From Zootoca vivipara (taxonomy: Eukaryota): DNA of 64,000 bases. The stretch covers positions 14,880,001-14,944,000 of the forward strand of contig NC_083292.1 in assembly GCF_963506605.1 (NCBI RefSeq), given 5' to 3'. Below, piece after piece: positions 55,101 through 64,000 of this stretch (within the stretch, counting starts at the first letter, position 1; the number at the start of each line of letters is the position of its first letter). Made by a program: the position numbers and the translations under genes. The notes under the pieces are model-generated. The model saw only the letters and a program-made list of their open reading frames with translations, searched no databases and was not told where the DNA came from.

Positions 55101-57643
55101 TGGTGCTGGCATGCGACGCCTCTCCCTATGGCATCGGCGCTGTCCTGGGACACCAACTCCCGGATGGAAGAGAGGTGCCGGTGGCATACTTCTCCCAGAC
55201 GCTTGCTGCAGCCGAACGAAACTACTCACAGATTGACAAGGAGGGTCTGGCAATCGTGAAGGGCGTAAAAAAATTCCATGATTTCTTGTACGGGCGGCCC
55301 TTTACCATAGTGACTGACCACAAGCCGTTGCTTGGCCTGTTTGCCCCCGAGAAGCAGACCCCCCAAGTGTTGTCTCCACGTGTCCTCAGGTGGTCAATTT
55401 TCCTTGCCGGCTACCAGTATGCACTAATCCACCGCCCTGGGAAGGCGATGGGCCACGCAGACGCACTCAGCAGGCTACCACTACCAGAAACAGGCCCCGA
55501 CCCAGCGCCTGCGCAAGAGGTTATGACCCTGGAGCTGCTTCCCGACCGACCCATTCAGGCACAAGAAGTTGCGCACCATTCCACAAAAGATAGGGTCATC
55601 TCCCGGGTCCTGGACTGGGTGTGGCGAGGATGGCCCAGCAGCAGCCCCGGGCCAGAATTTGCTGGCTACACAAACCGCAAACATGAACTGTCGGCCCACA
55701 AGGGGTGCCTGTTATGGGGAAGCAGGGTTGTTGTTCCCCAGCCCCTCCGCAAAAGGGTCCTCACAGCCCTACACGAGACACACCCAGGGGTAGTGAGGAT
55801 GAAGGCCCTTGCCAGGAGTTATGTGTGGTGGCCGGGGATTGACAGAGAGATAGAGGCCTGGGTCCAACACTGCCAGACCTGCCAAGAATCCCGCCCGGAT
55901 CCCCCAAGGGCCCCAGTCCAGCCCTGGGAGTCCGCCCGACATCCATGGTCACGCTTGCACGTGGACTTCGCTGGCCCCTTCCAGGGAAAAACATTCTTCA
56001 TAGTGGTGGATTCCTACACCAAATGGCTGGAGGTCGCACTGGTACCGTCCACTTCTACGGCGGCAGCCATCCGGGTACTACGTAAGCTGTTTGCAACCCA
56101 CGGGCTCCCTGACACCCTCGTCTCGGACAATGGAACCGCATTCACGTCAGAGGAGTTCCAGACCTTCACGGCGCAGAACGCCATCCGCCACATCCGCTCA
56201 GCACCATTCCACCCTGCCACCAATGGCCAAGCGGAGCGCATGGTGCGGACCACCAAGGACAGCCTCCGCCGCATAACACAAGGGGACTGGGAATACCGCC
56301 TTGCCGCATTTCTTCTAGCACAGCACAGCACCCCAAGCACAACGACGGGCCGGAGCCCAGCTGAACTACTCATGGGCCGGCGCCTTGCAACTAGACTGGA
56401 CCGACTTCACCCCGACAGAGCTCAGGATGAGGTAGTGGTGGGGAAAGGCAGGAACCCCCGGACATTTGTGGCCCAGGACCCAGTGTATGCAAAGAATTTT
56501 GGGGCAGGCCCAGCATGGGTACCCGCCACAGTCACCAAGGTGACCGGCCCCGTGTCGTACGAGGTACTAACGGAAGGGGGGCAATGTTGGCGCCGCCACT
56601 GCGACCAGCTACGGCGACGATTCCCAGGAGGAACCCGGGAGGAGAGCGGGACAGAGGGGTCCCAAGGGGACAGCAGGGCAGTGAGGCCTGTAGAGCGAGA
56701 GGGGTGGGCAGGGGAAGCAGAAGCAGTAGGCACAGAGGGGCGCCCCGAGGCTGGAAGGACACCGGAACCAGAGTCACAACCTAGTGGTTCAGTGGCGCCA
56801 GACCAGACAGCCCCGGCACAGCCAGCAGCCTCGGAACACGAGCCAGAACCAGAACCCCTGACCAAGGAACACCCCAGGCCACAACGCACACGGAGGCGGC
56901 CAGCAGACCTTGGGGACTACGAATGCAACTTCCCGGGCAGGACTGGAACTTAGAGGGGAGGGGTGTTATGTACTGAGCTGAATCCTAGAACAATAGGATT
57001 CAGAATCAGCGGGAGCTACCCAATCCAACTCCAGGTGGAAGTGAATCCGCAACCTGATTGGCCTGCTGGAGCAGCCAATCAGGCGGCTGGCAGAAGTGAA
57101 TCTGCTACCTGATTGGCCTGTAGGAGCAGCCAATCAGGCTGCAGGCAGAAGTCAATCCACAATATAATTGACCCACAGGTGTAGCCCTGAAGTAGCCAAT
57201 CACGCAAGGCCCATTGTGTAAATACTGTATATAAGCAGATGGTTTTGGTAAAAGAGCGATTCGTCTTCTCTTCTTCTCCTTGATGAATATGAGCTGAATA
57301 AAGAGCATGAAATTCACTCTCGACTCCGAGTATATTTCACTACTCATATTGAAATACTGCCCCTCAATGAGACCAAACTTAGATACACAAAATGTTTAGG
57401 GGTATGCGTACCCCTGCGTCTCCCCAGAAAATGCACTGGTTATTTTGCATATTTCTTGTATGATTGATGTCCAGAAGAGTTGGATTTTAGGACATTCCCA
57501 CCACATGTGGAGGTATATGCCTGTGGAGATGCATCCTATCTTGTATACCAAGAAATACATACACACACACACTACCAAGAGCTTTCAATATAAGAGATAC
57601 ACAGTGGGTGGGTGCTGGAGTTCGTGTCTTTTTTAATTTTTAG

Positions 57644-57686
<43 letters not shown>

Positions 57687-60600
57687 CCTTCCCAGTACAT
57701 CAAGACATTTATCAACCAGACGTGGGTCAAGCGGTACGGCTCTGCCCTTCACCACGAAACACTCACCTTCCTGTGGTCTGCGGTCGTTTCCATTTTCTGC
57801 CTGGGTGGGATCCTGGGCAACCTGTCCAGTGGGCATGTGACCACCCAATATGGAAAGTAAGCCCCTTCCTCACCAGGAAGCCCTGCTGGGGCCCCCCTTC
57901 ATGGGCAATAATAAAGTATGTCACTCTTGTCTGCATCATTTTGTGAATCGTGTGCTTTGAATCCCTTATCTGCCGTGTTTCATTTGGCAAGAGGTCAGTC
58001 AGGGGTTTGCTTCTTCAGTTGGGGACAAAGGGGTGGGCGGAAGCCTCTTCTTCACTCTGGGACGTTGTCCGTTCCAGAAAGAAAACGCTGCTGTGCACCG
58101 ACATTGTCACCATCGCCGCCGCCCTCCTGGTCGGCTTCAGTAGGACGGCCGGCTCTTTCGAAATGATCCTGATAAGTCGCTTCCTCTATGGCTTCACTGC
58201 AGGTAGGAGACCCCTGGGCCCTGACATTTTGAGTCTGGGGTGGGGCCAAATGCATGAATGCAACGGGGGCAATGGGGGCTAGTTTAAGCGCGGAGGGAAA
58301 CTCTGGTCAAATGCAACCGAGAGCAGGCCAGAACACCAGTTTGGGCCTCTGCCAGGGCCGGTCCTAGCATGAGGTAGCTGCCTCAGGCAGCAGGTGCCAA
58401 GGTGCAGGGAGTGGACAGAACTGCAAGTGTCCTCAAGTGCGGTGGAAAACACAGTTCTTTCACCCATGTCGGAGTAAAATTCAAATACCAGTCCAATTGG
58501 CTTCTGTGTGTGCTTTATACCTACCAAGTTCCAGTGGGAGAAATAAGGGACCGGACCGGAAGTAGCAGACCGGAAGTAGCTCTGCTGCCATTTTGGAACT
58601 GGGCGGAGCATGCTCAGAAGCGACTTTTGATGCTGCTTTGCCCAGTTCCAAAATGGCCGCCGCGCTAGAAGTAGCACTGCAGCCATTTTGGAACTGGGCA
58701 GAGCTGAATAAAAAGTCACTTCTGAGCATGCTCCGCCCAGTTCCAAAATGGCCGCCGCGCCAGAATAAACCAGGAAAAAACAAAAAAAATCCATTTTTTC
58801 AGCTGAGAACAGCTAGAAAAACAGGGGTTTCCCATAGAATACGGGAGACTTGGCAGCTATGGTGTGCTTTCGGGGAAGGCGCCATCTTGTCCTTTGCCTC
58901 GGGCAGCAAAATGTCTTGAGCTGGCCTCCACTGTGGCAGTGAGGGAGGCAAAGGCATTTCACTGGCCCACTATCATTGCATTGGCACAGAGCCCTGCAGT
59001 GTAGTATCTGTTCAGACATCGCATCAAGGACCCTCTGCGGCTAAGGATGAATTACCATGGGTCAGTTTAGCTTCACACTTTGCAGATGAGGCAGCTCAGA
59101 TTTGGATGCAAGAGTGAGAGCAGAGTCCAACCATGGGCCCTTAGTGGCAGCAGCAGGAAGAGAAGGAGGTCCTTCTCATGTGGTCCTGGATCCATCTCAG
59201 TTTGTGGGCCTGATCTTGGGATGTGTGAGCTCACTCACACATAAAGGCATCCATCCAAGAGGGTCGTGAAAGGGGTGGAGGCCTTGTGAGAGGAATATGT
59301 CATTCTTCTAGACCCATTTCAGCCTGGTTCCAGTTTTCAGACAGAGATGGATTTGGCCACTGGGTAGATGATGTATACTGGGAACTGGGAACACAGGGTG
59401 GGGGGTTGTCTCCCTGTTGGTTCTGCTGGAGCTCTCAGCAAATTCTGACATGCTCAGCTATGGTGTCCCTCTGGGCTGCCTGAGAAAGATGGTCCCTGGC
59501 TTGGGTCCAGCTGGAGGATGTCTGCCGGACACTCTAGCCTGTCTTGCCTGCCAAGGTCCTATCATCAGTGCCGGATTAAACCCTTTGGAGGTCCCTAGGC
59601 AGTTGAAATCTCGCAAACCATCTCCAAATATGTTTTTCTGTAATTTCCTTTCAAGATAATATCAATATTTGTTGTCACTGGGCCCCTAAAAGGCCTGGGG
59701 GCCCATAGGCTGCTTCCTACTCTGTCTATTTGGTAATCCGGCACTGCCCATCATGATCCTTAATACAAAAGCCAGTGTGAGAGGTCATCTGGAGATCTGG
59801 GGGTATCTTGTTAGCAGCTTGCAGGTGGCTCATCTCAGCAGGGGCTTTCCTCCCAACTTGCTCCCCCTCCAAGTCATTTGGCCCAGCCTGACACGGGCAG
59901 CTCCCAAGTGGTGGGTTTTGTGGGTGGTGGAACATTGTGGTACGATCTCAGAGACATCACTAAATCTTTCTGGAATGTACCTTTTCCTTCTCACTTGAAG
60001 GTATATCCCTGAACACCAATGGACCGTACCTTGGAGAAATTGCACCCAAGAAATTCAGAGGTTTTGCTACTGCCACCTGCTCTGTGTTTTTTTCACTAGG
60101 AAAAGCTTTGGGACAAATTATGGGCTTAAGGTAAGGCAAACTGATGGCATGGCAGACAACCGTGCTTGTTTATCCTTCCCTCCTTTTCTTCTTTCTTCCC
60201 GCTTGGATCCGTTTCGTGGTTAAGAAACAACAGATGAAATGTTGTTCTTCATCTGTCAAGACGTTTTCCTCAATTTGCTGACCAGTTATATTCTCTTCTT
60301 GTTTCCACTTGGACTGATCTTGTCATTTTTAATGGTTTATGTGTCTATTTCGTGCTGAAACTCGGAAAATTAGAATACCGTCGAAAAGTGCATTCATTTC
60401 AGTAAAGCAATTTAAAAGGTGAAACCAATATATGAGATAGATGCATGACATGCAAAACAAGATATGTCAAGCCTTTATTTGTTGTAATTGTAATTATTTG
60501 TCTTTGTTGTTGTTGTTTAGTCGTTTAGTCGTGTCCAACTCTTCGTGACCCCATGGACCATAGCACGCCAGGCACTCCTGTCTTGCACTGCCTCCCGCAG

Positions 60601-62418
60601 TTTGGTCAAACTCATGTTCGTAGCTTCGAGAACACTGTCCAACCATCTTGTCCTCTGTCGTCCCCTTCTCCTAGTGCCCTCAATCTTTCCCAACATCAGG
60701 GTCTTTTCCAAGGATTCTTCTCTTCTCATGAGGTGGCCAAAGTATTGGAGCCTCAGCTTCACGATCTGTCCTTCCAGGGAGCACTCAGGGCTGATTTCCT
60801 TAAGAATTGATAGGTTTGATCTTCTTGCAGTCCATGGGACTCTCAAGAGTCTCCTCCAGCACCATAATTCAAAAGCATCAATTCTTCGGCGATCAGCCTT
60901 CTTTATGGTCCAGCACTCACTTCCATACATCACTACTGGGAAAACCATAGCTTTAACTATACGGACCTTTGTCGGCAAGGTGATGTCTCTGCTTTTTAAG
61001 ATGCTGTCTAGGTTTGTCATTGCTTTTCTTTAGGCAGATCAATTATAAATGGAATGTAATTAATGAAATTAATAGTGATGTTTATTTTTGTATTATTTTA
61101 ACTATTTGTTTTATTACTGTGGAATTTCCAAAAGAAAGCATTTGTAAAAATTAAAAGAAACAAAAAATAATAAGTTGCATTACTGAAATAAATGCACTTT
61201 TCGGCGATATTCTAATTTTCCGAGTTTCACCTGTAATGATTGCGTCATCCCCAACAGACTTGCGAGGCAGGCCAGCTACACACCTTTCATTCTTGTTTGT
61301 GCCACGCCCTCCTTCCCTCTCTAACTCTGAACCAGGGAAGAGAGATTTGCCAGCTGGCTCCCTCCTGTCTGCAGGGCCAAAGACACTTTGGGGTTTCTCC
61401 TGATGCTTCTCCTTGTGAGCAAGGTTGTGGCGTAATGCCAGGAAGCTTAAGGGGGGCAAGGGACAACTACATACAATTCCTTAGGCTTGCCAGAAACTCA
61501 CTCCATACCCTGTAGGGAATGTGCTGGCAAAGCAGCACCCAGCAGCGTTCAACTCTCCGCTGCAGCTGACATCACTCAGTAATGTCAACTGGTGGGTGTG
61601 GTTTGGGGGATAATGACCTCATGGGCCAAATTAGACCCCACGCCCAGTGGGCCAAGATTGGCTCATGGGCTGGAGGTTCCCTACCCCTCTTTTAAAGAGA
61701 GACACGTTGGAAAGACTGGTTTCTGTGACAAGCACAGCTGAGCAATGTGCTGGGGGTTGGTCGGGCAGGGGCAGGGCCTCTGATTTTTCTAACTGGTAAT
61801 TTCTTAATTGTTCTACGGGATTTGTGCTGCATTTGTGGTGTCCTATTATGCCGTTGTTATTTATTGTTTGTAAGTCGCTTAGCGATTCATTTGAATGAAA
61901 AGCAGCACAGAAATATAACAAATCAAACTGGTCTCTGCAGTTGTGAGGTCTATTATACATGTGCTTTTAAAATATGCCAGGTAGCAGGTTTATTGGTTTG
62001 TTTTTGTTTTAATTACGTATTTTATGTTGTAACCGCTCTGAGACCTGCGAGTATAGGCTGGTATACAAATTTAATTAACACCACCACCAACAACAACAAC
62101 AACAACACAACAACAACAACGACAACAACAACAACAACTAGATGTGGTGTTGTTGTTGTTGTTGTTTTAAAAAAGAAGGAAATCAGGGGTTCCCAGATCC
62201 TCTAAACACCTGCCCTCCTCCCTTGGATGAAGCCTAAACGGCTGCTTTCTCTATGCCTGTTGCCCCCAGAGATCTCTTTGGCACAGAATCGCTGTGGCCT
62301 CTGCTCCTGGCTTTGTGTGGAATCCCAGCCCTGTTGCAGCTGCTGCTCCTGCCCTTCTTCCCCGAGTCCCCTCCATACCTGTTGGTCCAGAAGGGAGACA
62401 AAGATGGTTGCTTGAAAG
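49103..62418 (+). CDS. SLC2A11-like tandem paralog (class II GLUT), exons 1-6; continues past the window
   Basis: Exons 49103-49129 (MAAHVFSDF, putative), 50761-50859, 57696-57856, 58078-58202, 60001-60130, 62270-62418. Exon 2-6 sizes 99/161/125/130/149 equal those of SLC2A11, the frame is open, and it has a PESPPYLL motif. Confidence 0.9.
49228..50498 (+). mobile_element. hAT-like MITE expanded by a nested insertion (~49245-49625) and an internal minisatellite
   Basis: CATGGGTAGGCAAACT ... GTTTGCTGACCCCTG termini; same family as 15475-15713 and ~48365-48612. Confidence 0.7.
49697..50464 (+). repeat. Minisatellite, 11 x ~71 bp
   Basis: CATGAGTAG recurs at 49706, 49777, 49848, 49920, 49991, 50062, 50133, 50204, 50275, 50346 and 50417. 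Confidence 0.95.
51366..51713. mobile_element. hAT-like MITE with internal inverted repeats
   Basis: CATACCTGCCAAG ... TTGGCAGCTATG termini. A second copy lies at ~58516-58861. Confidence 0.7.
52379..52754 (+). repeat. 5' LTR
   Basis: Direct repeat of 56964-57339 with multiple CCAAT/ATTGG boxes, TATATAA and AATAAA. Confidence 0.97.
52883..56953 (+). CDS. Gag-Pol polyprotein, 1356 aa
   Basis: Two zinc knuckles, protease LDTGS, RT (FFDD), RNase H CDAS, integrase HHCC plus DDE (VDF, SDNG, AER), in Gypsy domain order. No env. Confidence 0.96.
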   Translation: MATDSSFLPFKPASGDWEGYAARFNFLLQAKEVTTDAMKRATFFSVCGEETFEIARALLAPRDVATVSYKTIMERLKEHFSPQPSVVACRNAFYAKRQAPGETITGFVTSLRQAARLCNFSELENMLRDRLVGGLRDEMLQRRLYAKKDLTFQIALEEALATEAAERSTQEARPAPPSQPRVYHEDLTDESESDREEVHRVQRRTQAAHTPQQPRREGGNCASCGENHERRTCRFRNAECRQCRKLGHIARVCRARLTRRQASDDRPRSPRSHGTMHQGNSTEITDYQVFQLPHPSTEKIYIEVQIEGAPCRMELDTGSNLSIISARTLRELCPNGGPKLRPAPFTLRDFQKRKVPTMGVGTFRVQYRGRKQQLDLLVVKGPYVSLLGLAWFGPLGLAVTGVNRTSLQVDVDAICKEFPGVFDGALGRYTGPPIALQLDPAVRPIRHKARRVPFALKPRIDEELDRLVEQGVLEPVPNAPWETPIVTPVKPNGSVRICADYKCTINKALTAHAYPVPVVSHVLATLAGSKIFGKLDLAQAYQQLPVDEATAEAQTIVTHRGAFRVKRLQFGVSVAPGIFQNLMDSLLKGIPGVTPFFDDVLIAGPTPEEFEDRLRSVLHRFQTAGLKVKREKCLLGVSQVDFLGFKVDAEGVHPTGDKVRAICEAPAPKSKPELQSFLGLLNFYHAFLPHKAAVAEPLHRLLDKRAPWVWGQRQRAAFQAVKDLLVSNSVLAHFDERLPVVLACDASPYGIGAVLGHQLPDGREVPVAYFSQTLAAAERNYSQIDKEGLAIVKGVKKFHDFLYGRPFTIVTDHKPLLGLFAPEKQTPQVLSPRVLRWSIFLAGYQYALIHRPGKAMGHADALSRLPLPETGPDPAPAQEVMTLELLPDRPIQAQEVAHHSTKDRVISRVLDWVWRGWPSSSPGPEFAGYTNRKHELSAHKGCLLWGSRVVVPQPLRKRVLTALHETHPGVVRMKALARSYVWWPGIDREIEAWVQHCQTCQESRPDPPRAPVQPWESARHPWSRLHVDFAGPFQGKTFFIVVDSYTKWLEVALVPSTSTAAAIRVLRKLFATHGLPDTLVSDNGTAFTSEEFQTFTAQNAIRHIRSAPFHPATNGQAERMVRTTKDSLRRITQGDWEYRLAAFLLAQHSTPSTTTGRSPAELLMGRRLATRLDRLHPDRAQDEVVVGKGRNPRTFVAQDPVYAKNFGAGPAWVPATVTKVTGPVSYEVLTEGGQCWRRHCDQLRRRFPGGTREESGTEGSQGDSRAVRPVEREGWAGEAEAVGTEGRPEAGRTPEPESQPSGSVAPDQTAPAQPAASEHEPEPEPLTKEHPRPQRTRRRPADLGDYECNFPGRTGT
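56964..57339 (+). repeat. 3' LTR
   Basis: Only one difference from the 5' LTR seen by eye (ATTGGCCC vs ATTGACCC). Confidence 0.97.
60504..61029 (-). mobile_element. BovB 3' fragment inserted in a Tc1-like MITE
   Basis: Nearly identical to the other two BovB copies. Confidence 0.92.
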
Positions 62419-62625
62419 GTACCGTAATGAGCAAGTTGGGTGGAGTGGAAGTGGCCCTCTAGCCTGCATTGCCTGAGCACAAGAGATGTGCCCAAATAAA
62501 AAGTCAGCGAGGAAAACAGAAGCCCCTGCTGTAACTTGCACAAAATTTCTAGCTGTTTGTCTATTTTTCATCCAAAAGTTCCGTCCACACACAGCTCAGT
62601 GGCACCCGAGGCTTCTGCATGCAAA

Positions 62626-63163
62626 AGATGGCTAAAAAGCTTTATCATGTATAATAAGATAAGAACCCAATGTCTCTGCTCAGACCAGGCCTCCCCGTGG
62701 TTTTAAGTTTGGTAATAAGTTGCAATTCAGCAACTTCTCTTTCCAGTCTATTTCTGAAATTCTTTTGTAATAAGACAGCTACTTTGATATCTGATATAGA
62801 ATGTGCTGGGAGATTTTATGTGTTCTCCTACTGGTTTCTCTGTCTTGTGATAAAGCTTTTTTAGCCACCTCACCCCTTGCTTTTTCCTGTAAGACCAATT
62901 GCAGTCCTTAACAGTTGTAAACAGGTTTACCACACCTCTCAGCCAATCACCCATTCCCACCACCCTTCTGAGTAACACCCCTCCCCACCCTCCCACTATA
63001 TATAAGGGTCTGGTGACTTCTGTTTCAGTGTATCTGAAGAAGTGTGCATGCACACGAAAGCTCATACCAATGACAAACTTAGCTGATCTCTAAGGTGCTA
63101 CTGGAAGGAATTTTTTTATTTTGTTTCGACTACGGAAGACTAACACAGCTACCTACCTGTAAC
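62626..63163. mobile_element. Penelope-like derivative with inverted ORF end plus tail
   Basis: Same architecture and same junction as 21070-21585. Confidence 0.85.
63030..63068 (+). ncRNA. Minimal hammerhead ribozyme motif
   Basis: GTAT-CTGAAGA-A-GTGTGCATGCACAC-GAAA-GC-TC-ATAC with all stems intact. Confidence 0.75.
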
Positions 63164-63479
63164 CCCAACAGGAAGGACTCTGGGTTATTTGGGGAAAGTA
63201 CGTTTGTAGCCTTTTCCGCTTTTTAGCTGGGGATCATCTGCGTTGCTTCCGTGAGAGGGAGAAAGGAGTCAAACGTGAGAGGGAGAAAGGAGTCTGAGGT
63301 TTGCTCTCAGAGAAAGAAATTTATTTTCTGCTAGCAGAAGGCACTGCGTGAATCGAGTCACAAGCAAGTACTTTGAATGAGGGCTTTATACACTTTTTGG
63401 GGTGCTCTCCCCCCTCCCTAGGAATCTACCTCTCTAAGTGGGTGCACGTAAAAGGGTCAAGGGTTACATATACAGGCAA

Positions 63480-63905
63480 GTTACAGGTAGGTAGCCGTGT
63501 TGGTCTGAGTCGAAGCAAAATAAAAAAATTCCTTCAGTAGCACCTTAAAGACCAACTTGGTTTTTATTTTGGTATGAGCTTTCGTGTGCATGCACACTTC
63601 TTCAGATACAGTTGAAACAGAAGTCAGTCCCTTATATATATACAGAGGGTGGTGGGGGTGGGTGGGAATGGGTGATGGGCTGATGGGAGTGGTAAACCTG
63701 TAGATGGCTGTTAACGACTGCTGATGACTGCAATTGGTCCTGCGGGGGGAAAGCAAGGGCTGAGGCGCTAAAGAAAGCTTGATCATGCATAATGAGATAA
63801 GAATCCAATGTCTTTATTCATCCCAGGGGGCTCCATGGTTTTAAGCTTGGTAATGAGTTCCAATTCAGCAACTTCTATTTCCAGTCTGTTCCTGAAATTT
63901 TTCTG
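63480..63905 (-). mobile_element. Penelope-like element 3' fragment
   Basis: GIY-YIG C-terminus followed by the tail in normal colinear order. Confidence 0.85.
63571..63609 (-). ncRNA. Minimal hammerhead ribozyme motif
   Basis: Reverse complement is identical to 63030-63068. Confidence 0.75.
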
Positions 63906-64000
63906 TTCTGCTCAGCATCTTTATCATACATGTTGACAATGTAAAGCTCCATAGAAGGGTCTGGCTGACCCGGTACCAAGTTCCTATGGCCTTGGGAGCG

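Larger units (their letters stand above)
52379..57339 (+). mobile_element. Full-length Gypsy/Ty3 (Mag-like) LTR retrotransposon, 4961 bp
   Basis: 376-bp LTRs (52379-52754 and 56964-57339), TG...CA ends, 5-bp TSD CTACT, PBS at 52756-52773, [15 protein letters not shown] at 56952-56963. Confidence 0.97.
52195..57625 (-). mobile_element. L1 ORF2 3' fragment split by a hAT MITE (52328-57438) that itself contains the Gypsy element
   Basis: [28 protein letters not shown] (57580-57440) continues as [17 protein letters not shown] (from 52327). MITE TIR CAGTGC.TTTT, TSD GTTATTTA / GTTATTTT. Confidence 0.7.

Noticed and set aside
56560-56953. Env or chromodomain at the end of the Gypsy ORF
   Set aside because: Low-complexity acidic/proline-rich tail with no signal peptide, transmembrane segment or chromodomain motif.

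Overview
Vertebrate genomic DNA from a squamate reptile, probably a lacertid lizard (inferred from Sauria SINE, BovB, Penelope and CR1/L2 content). The region is syntenic with the human 22q11.23 SMARCB1-DERL3-SLC2A11 block. Left to right it holds: the first coding exon of a TRIM-type RING gene (-); a complete Ig lambda V gene with octamer promoter, leader, V exon and a degenerate 23-RSS (-); SMARCB1 (+, 10 coding exons including a 30-nt microexon and a GC-AG intron, 386 aa); DERL3 (-, 7 exons, 239 aa, two U12-type introns); SLC2A11/GLUT11 (+, 12 exons, about 504 aa); and the first 6 exons of a divergent tandem SLC2A11-like paralog. Introns are dense with mobile DNA: a very young intact 4961-bp Gypsy LTR retrotransposon nested in a hAT MITE nested in an L1, three near-identical BovB fragments, several Penelope-like elements carrying minimal hammerhead ribozymes and inversions, Sauria and tRNA-Lys SINEs, many MITEs, and a 71-bp minisatellite grown inside a MITE. 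No wholly new system can be proven from sequence alone. The best candidates for follow-up are the amplified inverted Penelope/hammerhead unit, the possibly non-rearranging VpreB-like V gene beside a TRIM exon, and the young Gypsy insertion. All coordinates were read by hand and may be off by a few bases for repeats.
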